A stretch of DNA of 42,618 bases from Neoechinorhynchus agilis (Eukaryota > Animalia > Acanthocephala), in contig JBMGUZ010000020.1 of NCBI GenBank assembly GCA_051530055.1, forward strand, positions 1 through 42,618, given 5' to 3'. The position numbers and the translations under genes were made by a program. Below, in pieces: positions 9,902-24,900 of this stretch. Below the pieces are notes generated by a model. That model worked only from the letters and a program-made list of their open reading frames with translations, searched no databases and was not told where the DNA came from. The first letter of the stretch is position 1, and the number at the start of each line of letters is the position of its first letter.

Positions 9902-12900
9902 AATTAGATAAGAACGGAAAAATTAAAGATGGAATTTATCAGGTCCGATATTTTTGCGAGGCCCACAATCTCGTGCCTTTCTAGAAGGTTAATTGATAGA
10001 AAACTTGCACTTTGGAAATATCGGATATTATAAATTCCTTTTTCATTTTTCCTTGATAAAAAACATGAACAATTCAATATTTAAACAATTCGATAAGAAC
10101 CGAAAAATTAAAGAAGGAATTTATCAGGTCCGATAGTTTTGCGAGGCCCACAATCTCGTGCCTTTCTAGAAGGTTAATTGATAGAAAACTTGCACTTCCG
10201 AAATATCGGACCTAATAAATTCCTTTTTTTTCCTTGATAAAAAAATGAACAATTCAATATTTAAACAAATCGATAAGAACGGAAAAATTAAAGAAGGAAT
10301 TTATCAGGTCCGATAGTTTTGCGAGGCCCACAATCTCGTGCCTTTCTAAAAGGTTAATTGATAGAAAACTTGCACTTCCGAAATATCGGACCCAATAAAT
10401 TCCTTTTTTAATTTTTTCCTTGATAGAAAAATGAACAATTCAATATTTAAACAAATCGATTAGAACGGAAAAATTAAAGAAGCAATATATCAGGTCCGAT
10501 ATTTTTGGGAAGCCCACAATCTCGTGCCTTTCTAGAAGGTTAATTGATAGAAAACTTGCACTTCCGAAATATCGGACCTAATAAATTGCTTTTTTCATTT
10601 TTTCCTTGATAAAAAAATGAACAATTCAATATTTAAAAAAAACGATAAGAACGGAAAAATTAAAGAAGGAATTTATCAGGTCCGATATTTTTGCGATGCC
10701 CACAATCTCGTGCCTTTCTTGAAGGTTAATTGATAGAAAACTTGCACTTCAGAAATATCGGACCTAATAAATTCCTTTTTCATTTTTCCTTGATAAAAAA
10801 ACATGAACAATTCAATATCTAAAAAATTCGATAAGAACGGAAAAATTAAAGAAGGAATTTATCAGGTCCGATATTTTTGCGAGGCCCACAATCTCGTGCC
10901 TTTCTAGAAGGTTAATTGATAGAAAACTTGCACTTCAGAAATATCGGACCTAATAAATTCCTTTTTTTTTTCCTTGATAAAAAAATGAACAATTCAATAT
11001 CTAAACAATTAAATAAGAACGGAAAAATTAAAGGACGAATTTATAAGGTCCGATATTTTTGCGAGGCCCACAATCTCGTGCCTTTCTAGAAGGTTAATTG
11101 ATAGAAAACTTGCACTTCAGAAATATCGGACATAATAAATTGCTTTTTTCATTTTTTCCTTGATAAAAAAATGAACAATTCAATATTTAAACAATTCAAT
11201 AAGAACGGAAAAATTAAAGAAGGAATTTATCGGGTCCGATATTTTTGCGAAGCCCACAATCTCGTGCCTTTCTAGAAGGTAAATTGATAGAAAACTTGCA
11301 CTTCAGAAATATCGGATATTATAAATTCCTATTTCATTTTTCCTTGATAAAAAAAACATGAACAATTCAATATTTAAACAAATCGAAAAGAACGGAAAAA
11401 CTAAAGAAGGAATTTATCAGGTCCGATAGTTTTGCGAGGCCCACAATCTCGTGCCATTCTAAAAGGTTAATTGATAGAAAACTTGCACTTCCGAAATATC
11501 GGACCTAATAAATTGCTTTTTTAATTTTTTACTTGATAAAAAAATGAACAATTCAATATTTAAACAAATCGATAAGAACGGAAAAATTAAAGAAGGAATT
11601 TATCAGGTCCGACAGTTTTGCGAGGTCCACAATCTCGTGCCTTTCTAGAAGGTTAATTGATAGAAAACTTGCACTTCTGAAATATCGGACCTAATAAATT
11701 CCTTTTTCATTTTTCCTTGATAAAAAAATGAACAATTCAATATTTAAACAATTCAATAAGAACGGAAAAATTAAAGAACAATTTATCAGGTCCGATATCT
11801 TTGCGAAGCCCACAATCTCGTGCCTTTCTAGATGGTTAATTGATAGAAAACTTGCACTTCAGAAATACCGGACCTTATAAATTCCTTTTTCATTTTTCCT
11901 TGATAAAAAAACATGAACAATTCAATATTTAAACAATTCGATAAGAACGGAAAAATTAAAGAAGTAATTTATCAGGTCCGATATCTTTGCGAAGCCCACA
12001 ATCTCGTGCCTTTCGCGAAGGTTAATTGATAGAAAACTTGCACTTCCGAAATATCGGACCCAATAAATTCCTTTTTTCATTTTTTCCTTGATAAAAAAAT
12101 TAACAATTCAATATTTAAACACTACGACAAGAACGGAAAAATTAAAGAAGGAATTTATCAGGTCCGACATTTTTGCGAGGCCCACAATCTCGTGCCTTTC
12201 TAGAAGGTTAATTGATAGAAAACTTGCACTTTCAAAATATCGGAACCTATAAATTCCTTTTTAATTTTTACTTGATAAAAAAACCTGAACAATTCAATAT
12301 TGAAACAATTCGATATTAACGGACAAATTAAAGAAGGAATTTATCAGGTCCGATATTTTGTCGAAGCCCACAATCTCGTGCCTTTCTAGAAGGTTAATTG
12401 ATAGAAAACTTGCACTTCAGAAATATCGGACCTAATAAATTGCTTCTTTCATTTTTTCCTTGATAAAAAAATGAACAATTCAATATTGAAACAATTCGAT
12501 AAGAACGGAAAAATTAAAGAAGAAATTTATCGGGTCCGATAGTTTTGCGAGGCCCACAATCTCGTGCCTTTCGCGAAGGTTAATTGATAGAAAACTTGCA
12601 CTTCCGAAATATCGGACCCAATAAATTCCTTTTTTCATTTTTTCCTTGATAGAAAAACAGGAACAATACAATATTTAAACACTTCGATAAGAACGGAAAA
12701 ATTAAAGAAGGATTTTATCAGGTCCGATATTTTTGCGAAGCCCACAATCTCGTGCCATTCTAGAAGGTTAATTGATAGAAAACTTGCACTTCAGAAATAT
12801 CACACCTAATAAATTGCTTTTTTATTTTTTTCCTTGATAAAAAAATGAACAATTCAATATTTAAACAATTCGACAAGAACGGAAAAATTAAAGAAGGAAT

Positions 12901-15900
12901 TTATCCTCGTGCCTTTCTAGAAGGTTAATTGATAGAAAACTTGCACTTCCGAAATATCGGACCTAATAAATTCCTTTTTCATTTTTTCCTTGATAAAAAA
13001 ATGAACAATTCAATATTTAAACAAATCGATAAGAACGGAAAAATTAAAGAAGGAATTTATCAGGTCCGACAGTTTTGCGAGGCCCACAATCTCGTGCCTT
13101 TCTAGAAGGTTAATTGATAGAAAACTTGCACTTCTGAAATATCGGACCTAATAAATTCCTTTTTCATTTTTCCTTGATAAAAAAATGAACAATTCAATAT
13201 TTAAACAATTCAATAAGAACGGAAAAATTAAAGAAGGAATTTATCAGGTCCGATATTTTTGCGAAGCCCACAATCTCGTGCCTTTCTAGAAGGTAAATTG
13301 ATAGAAAACTTGCACTTCAGAAATATCGGACATAATAAATTCCTTTTTCATTTTTCCTTGATAAAAAAAACATGAACAATTCAATATTTAAACAAATCGA
13401 AAAGAACGGAAAAACTAAAGAAGGAATTTATCAGGTCCGATAGTTTTGCGAGGCCCACAATCTCGTGCCATTCTAAAAGGTTAATTGATAGAAAACTTGC
13501 ACTTCCGAAATATCGGACCTAATAAATTGCTTTTTTAATTTTTTACTTGATAAAAAAATGAACAATTCAATATTTAAACAAATCGATAAGAACGGAAAAA
13601 TTAAAGAAGGAATTTATCAGGTCCGACATTTTTGCGAGGCCCACAATCTCGTGCCTTTCTAGAAGGTTAATTGATAGAAAACTTGCACTTCAGAAATATC
13701 GGACCTAATAAATTGCTTTTTTCATTTTTTCCTTGATAAAAAAATGAACAATTCAATATTTAAACAATTCAATAAGAACGGAAAAATTAAAGAACAATTT
13801 ATCAGGTCCGATATCTTTGCGAAGCCCACAATCTCGTGCCTTTCTAGAAGGTTAATTGATAGAAAACTTGCACTTCAGAAATATCGGACCTAATAAATTC
13901 CTTTTTTCATTTTTTCCTTGATAAAAAAATGAACAATTCAATATTTAAACAATTCAATAAGAACGGAAAAATTAAAGAAGGAATTTATCAGGTCCGATAT
14001 TTTTGCGAAGCCCACAATCTCGTGCCTTTCTAGAAGGTTAATTGATAGAAAACTTGCACTTCAGAAATATCGGACCTAATAAATTGCTTTTTCATTTTTC
14101 CTTGATAAAAAAATGAACAATTCAATATTTAAACAATTCGATAAGAACGGAAAAATTAAAGAAGGAATTTATCAGGTCCGATATTTTTGCGAAGCCCACA
14201 ATCTCGTGCCTTTCTAGAAGGTTAATTGATAGAAAACTTGCACTTCAGAAATATCGGACCTAATAAATTGCTTTTTTAATTTTTCCTTGATAAAAAAATG
14301 AACAATTCAATATTTAAACAATTCAATAAGAACGGAAAAATTAAAGAACAATTTATCAGGTCCGATATTTTTGCGAAGCCCACAATCTCGTGCCTTTCTA
14401 GAAGGTTAATTGATAGAAAACTTGCACTTCAGAAATATCGGACCTAATAAATTCCTTTTTCATTTTTCCTTGATAAAAAAACATGAACAATTCAATATTT
14501 AAACAATTCGATAAGAACGGAAAAATTAAAGAAGGAATTTATCAGGTCCGATATTTTTGCGAGGCCCACAATCTCGTGCCTTTCTAGAAGGTTAATTGAT
14601 AGAAAACTTGCACTTCAGAAATATCGGACCCAATAAATTCCTTTTTTCATTTTTTCCTTGATAAAAAAATGAACAATTCAATATCTAAACAATTCAATAA
14701 GAACGGAAAAATTAAAGAACGAATTTATAAGGTCCGATATTTTTGCGAGGCCCACAATCTCGTGCCTTTCTAGAAGGTTAATTGATAGAAAACTTGCACT
14801 TCAGAAATATCGGACCTAATAAATTGCTTTTTTCATTTTTTCCTTGATAAAAAAATGAACAATTCAATATTTAAACAATTCAATAAGAACGGAAAAATTA
14901 AAGAACAATTTATCAGGTCCGATATCTTTGCGAAGCCCACAATCTCGTGCCTTTCTAGATGGTTAATTGATAGAAAACTTGCACTTCAGAAATATCGGAC
15001 CTTATAAATTCCTTTTTCATTTTTCCTTGATAAAAAAACATGAACAATTCAATATTTAAACAATTCGATAAGAACGGAAAAATTAAAGAAGGAATTTATC
15101 AGGTCCGATATCTTTGCGAAGCCCACAATCTCGTGCCTTTCGCGAAGGTTAATTGATAGAAAACTTGCACTTCCGAAATATCGGACCCAATAAATTCCTT
15201 TTTTCATTTTTTCCTTGATAAAAAAATTAACAATTCAATATTTAAACACTACGACAAGAACGGAAAAATTAAAGAAGGAATTTATCAGGTCCGACATTTT
15301 TGCGAGGCCCACAATCTCGTGCCTTTCTAGAAGGTTAATTGATAGAAAACTTGCACTTTCAAAATATCGGAACCTATAAATTCCTTTTTAATTTTTACTT
15401 GATAAAAAAACCTGAACAATTCAATATTGAAACAATTCGATATTAACGGACAAATTAAAGAAGGAATTTATCAGGTCCGATATTTTGTCGAAGCCCACAA
15501 TCTCGTGCCTTTCTAGAAGGTTAATTGATAGAAAACTTGCACTTCAGAAATATCGGACCTAATAAATTGCTTCTTTCATTTTTTCCTTGATAAAAAAATG
15601 AACAATTCAATATTGAAACAATTCGATAAGAACGGAAAAATTAAAGAAGAAATTTATCGGGTCCGATAGTTTTGCGAGGCCCACAATCTCGTGCCTTTCG
15701 CGAAGGTTAATTGATAGAAAACTTGCACTTCCGAAATATCGGACCCAATAAATTCCTTTTTTCATTTTTTCCTTGATAGAAAAACAGGAATAATACAATA
15801 TTTAAACACTTCGATAAGAACGGAAAAATTAAAGAAGGATTTTTTCAGGTCCGATATTTTTGCGAAGCCCACAATCTCGTGCCATTCTAGAAGGTTAATT

Positions 15901-18900
15901 GATAGAAAACTTGCACTTCAGAAATATCGGACCTAATAAATTGCTTTTTTATTTTTTTCCTTGATAAAAAAATGAACAATTCAATATTTAAACAATTCGA
16001 TAAGAACGGAAAAATTAAAGAAGGAATTTATCAGGTCCGATATTTTTGCGAAGCCCACAATCTCGTGCCATTCTAGAAGGTTAATTGATAGAAAATTTGC
16101 ACTTCAGAAATATCGGACCTAATAAATTCCTTTTTTCATTTTTTCCTTGATAAAAAATGAGCAATTCAATATTTAAACAATTCGATAAGAACGAAAAAAA
16201 TAAAGAAGGAATTTATCAGGTCCGATATTTTTGCGAAGCCCACAATCTCGTGCCTTTCTAGAAGGTTAATTGATAGAAAACTTGCACTTCAGAAATATCG
16301 GACCTAATAAATTGCTTTTTTCATTTTTTCCTTGATAAAAAAATGAACAATTCAATATTTAAAAAAATCGATAAGAACGGAAAAATTAAAGAAGGAATTT
16401 ATACGGTCCGACAGTTTTGCGAGGCCCACAATCTCATGCCTTTCTAGAAGGTTAATTGATAGAAAACTTGCACTTCTGAAATATCGGACCTAATAAATTC
16501 CTTTTTCATTTTTCCTTGATAAAAAAACATGAACAATTCAATATTTAAAAAATTCGATAAGAACGGAAAAATTAAAGAAGGAATTTATCAGGTCCGATAT
16601 TTTTGCGAAGCCCACAATCTCGTGCCTTTCTAGAAGGTTAATTGATAGAAAACTTGCACTTCAGAAATATCGGACCTAATAAATTCCTTTTTCATTTTTC
16701 CTTGATAAAAAAATGAACAATTCAATATTTAAACAATTCGATAAGAACGGAAAAATTAAAGAAGCAATTTATCAGGTCCGATATCTTTGCGAAGCCCACA
16801 ATCTCGTGCCTTTCTAGAAGGTTAATTGATAGAAAACTTGCACTTCAGAAATATCGGACCTAATAAATTCCTTTTTTCATTTTTCCTTGATAAAAAAATG
16901 AACAATTCAATATTTAAACAATTCGATAAGAACGGAAAAATTAAAGAAGGAATTTATCAGGTCCGATATTTTGCGAAGCCCACAATCTCGTGCCTTTCTA
17001 GAAGGTTAATTGATAGAAAACTTGCACTTCAGAAATATCGGACCTAATAAATTGCTTTTTTCATTTTTTCCTTGATAAAAAAATGAACAATTCAATATTT
17101 AAACAATTCGATAAGAACGGAAAAATTAAAGAAGGAATTTATCAGGTCCGATATTTTTGCGAGGCCCACAATCTCGTGCCTTTCTAGAAGGTTAATTGAT
17201 AGAAAACTTGCACTTCCAAAATATCGGACCCAATAAATTCCTTTTTTCATTTTTTCCTTGATAAAAAAACATGAACAATACAATATTTAAACAATTCGAT
17301 AAGAACGGAAAAATTAAAGAAGGAATTTATCAGGTCCGATATTTTTGCGAAGCCCACAATCTCGTGCCTTTCTAGAAGGTTAATTGATAGAAAACTTGCA
17401 CTTCAGAAATATCGGACCTAATAAATTGCTTTTTTAATTTTTTCCTTGATAAAAAAATGAACAATTCAATATTTAAACAATTCGATAAGAACGGAAAAAT
17501 TAAAGAAGGAATTTATCAGGTCCGATATTTTTGCGAGGCCCACAATCTCGTGCCTTTCGCGAAGGTTAATTGATAGAAAACTTGCACTTCCGAAATATCG
17601 GACCCAATAAATTCCTTTTTTATTTTTTCCTTGATAAAAAAACATGAACAATTCAATATTTAAACAATTCGATAAGAACGGAAAAATTAAAGAAGGAATT
17701 TATCAGGTCCGATATTTTTGCGAAGCCCACAATCTCGTGCCTTTCTAGAAGGTTAATTGATAGAAAACTTGCACTTCAGAAATATCGGACCTAATAAATT
17801 GCTTTTTTAATTTTTTCCTTGATAAAAAAATGAACAATTCAATATTTAAACAATTCGATAAGAACGGAAAAATTAAAGAAGGAATTTATCAGGTCCGATA
17901 TTTTTGCGAAGCCCACAATCTCGTGCCTTTCGCGAAGGTTAATTGATAGAAAACTTGCACTTCCGAAATATCGGACCCAATAAATTCCTTTTTTCATTTT
18001 TTCCTTGATAGAAAAAAATGAACAATTCAATATTTAAACACTTCGATAAGAACGGAAAAATTAAAGAAGGATTTTATCAGGTCCGATATTTTTGCGAGGC
18101 CCACAATCTCGTGCCTTTCTAGAAGGTTAATTGATAGAAAACTTGCACTTCAAAATATCGGACCTATAAATTCCTTTTTAATTTTTACTTGATAAAAAAA
18201 CCTGAACAATTCAATATTGAAACAATTCGATATTAACGGACAAATTAAAGAAGGAATTTATCAGGTCCGATATTTTGTCGAAGCCCACAATCTCGTGCCT
18301 TTCTAGAAGGTTAATTGATAGAAAACTTGCACTTCAGAAATATCGGACCTAATAAATTGCTTCTTTCATTTTTTCCTTGATAAAAAAATGAACAATTCAA
18401 TATTGAAACAATTCGATAAGAACGGAAAAATTAAAGAAGAAATTTATCGGGTCCGATAGTTTTGCGAGGCCCACAATCTCGTGCCTTTCGCGAAGGTTAA
18501 TTGATAGAAAACTTGCACTTCCGAAATATCGGACCCAATAAATTCCTTTTTTCATTTTTTCCTTGATAGAAAAACAGGAACAATACAATATTTAAACACT
18601 TCGATAAGAACGGAAAAATTAAAGAAGGATTTTATCAGGTCCGATATTTTTGCGAAGCCCACAATCTCGTGCCATTCTAGAAGGTTAATTGATAGAAAAC
18701 TTGCACTTCAGAAATATCGGACCTAATAAATTGCTTTTTTATTTTTTTCCTTGATAAAAAAATGAACAATTCAATATTTAAACAATTCGATAAGAACGGA
18801 AAAATTAAAGAAGGAATTTATCAGGTCCGATATTTTTGCGAAGCCCACAATCTCGTGCCTTTCGCGAAGGTTAATTGATAGAAAACTTGCACTTCCGAAA

Positions 18901-21900
18901 TATCGGACCCAATAAATTCCTTTTTTCATTTTTTCCTTGATAGAAAAACAGGAACAATACAATATTTAAACACTTCGATAAGAACGGAAAAATTAAAGAA
19001 GGATTTTATCAGGTCCGATATTTTTGCGAAGCCCACAATCTCGTGCCATTCTAGAAGGTTAATTGATAGAAAACTTGCACTTCAGAAATATCACACCTAA
19101 TAAATTGCTTTTTTATTTTTTTCCTTGATAAAAAAATGAACAATTCAATATTTAAACAATTCGATAAGAACGGAAAAATTAAAGAAGGAATTTATCAGGT
19201 CCGATATTTTTGCGAAGCCCACAATCTCGTGCCTTTCTAGAAGGTTAATTGATAGAAAACTTGCACTTCCGAAATATCGGACCTAATAAATTGCTTTTTT
19301 CATTTTTTCCTTGATAAAAAAATGAACAATTCAATATTTAAACAAATCGATAAGAGCGGAAAAATTAAAGAAGGAATTTATCAGGTCCGACAGTTTTGCG
19401 AGGCCCACAATCTCGTGCCTTTCTAGAAGGTTAATTGATAGAAAACTTGCACTTCAGAAATATCGGACCTAATAAATTGCTTTTTTCATATTTTCCTTGA
19501 TAAAAAAATGAACAATTCAATATTTAAACAATTCAATAAGAAGGGAAAAATTAAAGAACAATTTATCAGGTCCGATATCTTTGCGAAGCCCACAATCTCG
19601 TGCCATTCTAGATGGTTAATTGATAGAAAACTTGCACTTCAGAAATATCGGACCCAATAAATTAGTTTTTTCATTTTTTCCTTGATAAAAAAATGAACAA
19701 TTCAATATTTAAACACTACGATAAGAACGGAAAAATTAAAGAAGGAATTTATCAGGTCCGACATTTTTGCGAGGCCCACAATCTCGTGCCTTTCTAGAAG
19801 GTTAATTGATAGAAAACTTGCACTTTCAAAATATCGGAACTTATAAATTCCTTTTTAATTTTTCCTTGATAAAAAAACGTGAACAATTCAATATTGAAAC
19901 AATTCGATATTAACGGACAAATTAAAGAAGGAATTTATCAGGTCCGATATTTTATCGAAGCCCACAATCTCGTGCCTTTCTAGAAGGTTAATTGATAGAA
20001 AACTTGCACTTCCGAAATGTCGGACCTAATAAATTCCTTTTTTCATTTTTTCCTTGATAAAAAATGAACAATTCAATATTTAAACAAATCGATAAGAACG
20101 GAAAAATTAAAGAAGGAATTTATCAGGTCCGACAGTTTTGCGAGGCCCACAATCTCGTGCCGTTCTAGAAGGTTAATTGATAGAAAGCTCGCACTTCAGA
20201 AATATCGGACCCAATAAATTCCTTTTTTGATTTTTTCCTTGGTAGAAAAAATGAACAATTCAATATTTAAACAATTGGATAAAAACGGAAAAATTAAAGA
20301 ACGAATTTATCAGGTCCGACATTTTTGCGAGGCCCACAATCTCGTGCCTTTCTAGAAGGTTAATTGATAGAAAACTTGCACTTCCGAAATATCGGACCTT
20401 ATAAATTCTTTTTTCATTTTTCCTTGATAAAAAAACATGAGCAATTCAATATTTAAACAATTCGATAACAACGGAAAAATTAAAGAAGGAATTTATCAGG
20501 TCCGATATTTTTGCGAGGCCCACAATCTCGTGCCTTTCTAGAAAGTTAATTGATAGAAAACTTGCACTTCCGAAATGTCGGACCTAATAAATTCCTTTTT
20601 TCATTTTTTCCTTGATAAAAAAATAAACAATTCAATATTTAAACAAATCGATAAGAACGGAAAAATTAAAGAAGGAATTTATCAGGTCCGACAGTTTTGC
20701 GAGGCCCACAATCTCGTGCCTTTCTAGAAGGTTAATTGATAGAAAACTTGCACTTTCGAAATATCGGAACTTATAAATTCTTTTTTCTTTCCTTGATAAA
20801 AAAATAAACAATTCAATATTTAAACAAATCGATAAGAACGGAAAAATTAAAGAAGGAATTTATCAGGTCCGACAGTTTTGCGAGGCCCACAATCTCGTGC
20901 CTTTCTAGAAGGTTAATTGATAGAAAACTTGCACTTTCGAAATATCGGAACTTATAAATTCCTTTTTAATTTTTCCTTGATAAAAAAACGTGAACAATTC
21001 ATTATTTAAACTATTCGATATTAACGGAAAAATTAAAGAAGGAATTTATCAGGTCCGATATTTTTGCGAGGCCCACAATCTCGTGCCTTTCTAGAAGTTT
21101 AATTGATAGAAAACTTGCACTTTGGAAATATTGGACCTAATAAATGGCTTTTTTCATTTTTTCCTTGATAGAAAAACATGAACAATACAATATTTAAACA
21201 ATTCGATAAGAACGGAAAAATTAAGGAACGAATTTATCAGGTCCGATATTTTTGCGAGGCCCACAATCTCGTGCCTTTCTAGAAGGTTAATTGATAGAAA
21301 ACTTGCACTTCCGAAATATCGGACCTAATAAATTCCTTTTTTCATTTTTTCCTTGATAAAAAATGAACAATTCAATATTTAAACAATTCGATAAGAACGG
21401 AAAAATTAAAGAAGGAATTTATCAGGTCCGATATTTTTGCGAGGCCCACAATCTCGTGCCTTTCTAGAAGGTTAATTGATAGAAAACTTGCACTTCAGAA
21501 ATATCGGACCTAATAAATTCCTTTTTTCATTTTTTCCTTGATAAAAAAAATAACAATTCAATATTTAAACAAATCGATAAGAACGGAAAAATTAAAGAAG
21601 GAATTTATCAGGTCCGATAGTTTTGCGAGGCCCACAATCTCGTGCCTTTCTAGAAGGTTAATTGATAGAAAACTTGCACTTCAGAAATATCGGACCTAAT
21701 AAATTCCTTTTTTCATTTTTTCCTTGATAAAAAAAAACAATTCAATATTTAAACAAATCGATAAGAACGGAAAAATTAAAGAAGGAATTTATCAGGTCCG
21801 ATAGTTTTGCGAGGCCCACAATCTCGTGCCTTTCTAGAAGGTTAATTGATAGAAAACTTGCACTTCAGAAATATCGGACCTAATAAATTCCTTTTTTCAT

Positions 21901-24900
21901 TTTTTCCTTGATAAAAAAATGAACAATTCAATATTTAAACAATTCGATAAGAACGGAAAAATTAAAGAAGGAATTTATCGGGTCCGATATTTTTGCGAAG
22001 CCCACAATCTCGTGCCTTTCTAGAAGGTTAATTGATAGAAAACTTGCACTTCAGAAATATCGGACCTAATAAATTCCTTTTTTCATTTTTTCCTTGATAG
22101 AAAAAATGAACAATTCAATATTTAAACAATTCGATAAGAACGGAAAAATTAAAGAAGGAATTTATCAGGTCCGATATTTTTGCGAGGCCCACAATCTCGT
22201 GCCTTTCGCGAAGGTTAATTGATAGAAAACTTGCACTTCCGAAATATCGGACCCAATAAATTACTTTTTTCATTTTTTCCTTGAAAAAAATGAACAATTC
22301 AATATTTAAACAATTCGATAAGAACGGAAAAATTAAAGAAGGAATTTATCAGGTCCGATATTTTTGCGAGGCCCACAATCTCGTGCCTTTCGCGAAGGTT
22401 AATTGATAGAAAACTTGCACTTCCGAAATATCGGACCCAATAAATTAATTTTTTAATTTTTTCCTTGAATAAAAATGAACAATTCAATATTTAAACAATT
22501 CGATAAGAACGGAAAAATTAAAGAAGGAATTTATCAGGTCCGATATTTTTGCGAGGCCCACAATCTCGTGCCTTTCTAGAAGGTTAATTGATAGAAAACT
22601 TGCACTTTGGAAATATTGGACCTAATAAATGGCTTTTTTCATTTTTTCCTTGATAGAAAAACATGAACAATACAATATTTAAACAATTCGATAAGAACGG
22701 AAAAATTAAGGAACGAATTTATCAGGTCCGATATTTTTGCGAGGCCCACAATCTCGTGCCTTTCTAGAAGGTTAATTGATAGAAAACTTGCACTTCCGAA
22801 ATATCGGACCTAATAAATTCCTTTTTCATTTTTCCTTGATAGAAAAACATGAACAATACAATATTTAAACAATTCGATAAGAACGGAAAAATTAAAGAAG
22901 GAATTTATCAGGTCCGATATTTTTGCGAAGCCCACAATCCCCGTGCCTTTCTAGAAGATTAATTGATGAGACTTGCACTTCAGAAATATCGGACCCAATA
23001 AATTCCTTTTTTTTTTTTCCTTGATAAAAAATGAACAATTCAATATTTAAACAATTCGATAAGAACGGAAAAATTAAAGAAGCAATTTATCATTTCCGAT
23101 ATTTTTGCGAAGCCCACAATCCCGTGCCTTTCTAGAAGGTTAATTGATAGAAAACTTGCACTTCAGAAATATCGGACCTAAAAATTCCTTTTTTCATTTT
23201 TTCCTTGATAAAAAAAATGAACAATTCAATATTTAAACAATTCGATAAGAACGAAAAAATTAAAGAAGGAATTTATCAGGTCCGATATTTTTGCGAGGCC
23301 CACAATCTCGTGCCTTTCTAGAAGGTTAATTGATAGAAAACTTGCACTTTCGAAATATCGGAACTTATAAATTCCTTTTTAATTTTTCTTTGATAAAAAA
23401 CGTGAACAATTCAATATTTAAACAATTCGATAAGAACGGAAAAATTAAAGAAGGAATTTATCAGGTCCGATATTTTTGCGAAGCCCACAATCCCGTGCCT
23501 TTCTAGAAGGTTAATTGATAGAAAACTTGCACTTCAGAAATATCGGACCTAAAAAATTCCTTTTTTCATTTTTTCCTTGATAAAAAAAATGAACAATTCA
23601 ATATTTAAACAATTCGATAAGAACGAAAAAATTAAAGAAGGAATTTATCAGGTCCGATATTTTTGCGAGGCCCACAATCTCGTGCCTTTCTAGAAGGTTA
23701 ATTGATAGAAAACTTGCACTTTCGAAATATCGGAACTTATAAATTCCTTTTTAATTTTTCTTTGATAAAAAACGTGAACAATTCAATATTTAAACAATTC
23801 GATAAGAACGGAAAAATTAAAGAAGGAATTTATCAGGTCCGATATTTTTGCGAAGCCCACAATCCCGTGCCTTTCTAGAAGGTTAATTGATAGAAAACTT
23901 GCACTTCCGAAATATCGGACCTAATAAATTGTTTTTTCATTTTTTCCTTGATAAAAAAATGAACAATTCAATATTTAAACAATTCGATAAGAACGGAAAA
24001 ATTAAAGAAGGAATTTATCATGTCCGATATTTTTGCGAAGCCCACAATCTCGTGCCTTTCTAGAAGGTTAATTGATAGAAAACTTGCACTTCCGAAATAT
24101 CGGACCTAATAAATTCCTTTTTTCATTTTTTCCTTGATAAAAAAATGAACAATTCAATATTTAAACAAATCGATAAGAACGGAAAAATTAAAGAAGGAAT
24201 TTATCAGGTCCGACAGTTTTGCGAGGCCCACAATCTCGTGCCTTTCTAGAAGGTTAATTGATAGAAAACTTGCACTTCCGAAATATCGGACCTAATAAAT
24301 TCCTTTTTAATTTTTCCTTGATAAAAAAATGAACAATTCAATATTTAAACAATTCGATAAGAACGGAAAAATTAAAGAAGGAATTTATCAGGTCCGATAT
24401 TTTTGCGAGGCCCACAATCTCGTGCCTTTCTAGAAGTTTAATTGATAGAAAACTTGCACTTTGGAAATATTGGACCTAATAAATGGCTTTTTTCATTTTT
24501 TCCTTGATAGAAAAACATGAACAATACAATATTTAAACAATTCGATAAGAACGGAAAAATTAAGGAACGAATTTATCAGGTCCGATATTTTTGCGAGGCC
24601 CACAATCTCGTGCCTTTCTAGAAGGTTAATTGATAGAAAACTTGCACTTCCGAAATATCGGACCTAATAAATTCCTTTTTTCATTTTTTCCTTGATAGAA
24701 AAACATGAACAATACAATATTTAAACAATTCGATAAGAACGGAAAAATTAAGGAACGAATTTATCAGGTCCGATATTTTTGCGAGGCCCACAATCTCGTG
24801 CCTTTCTAGAAGGTTAATTGATAGAAAACCTGCACTTCAGAAATATCGGACCTTATAAATTCCTTTTTCATTTTTCCTTGATAAAAAACATGAACAATTC

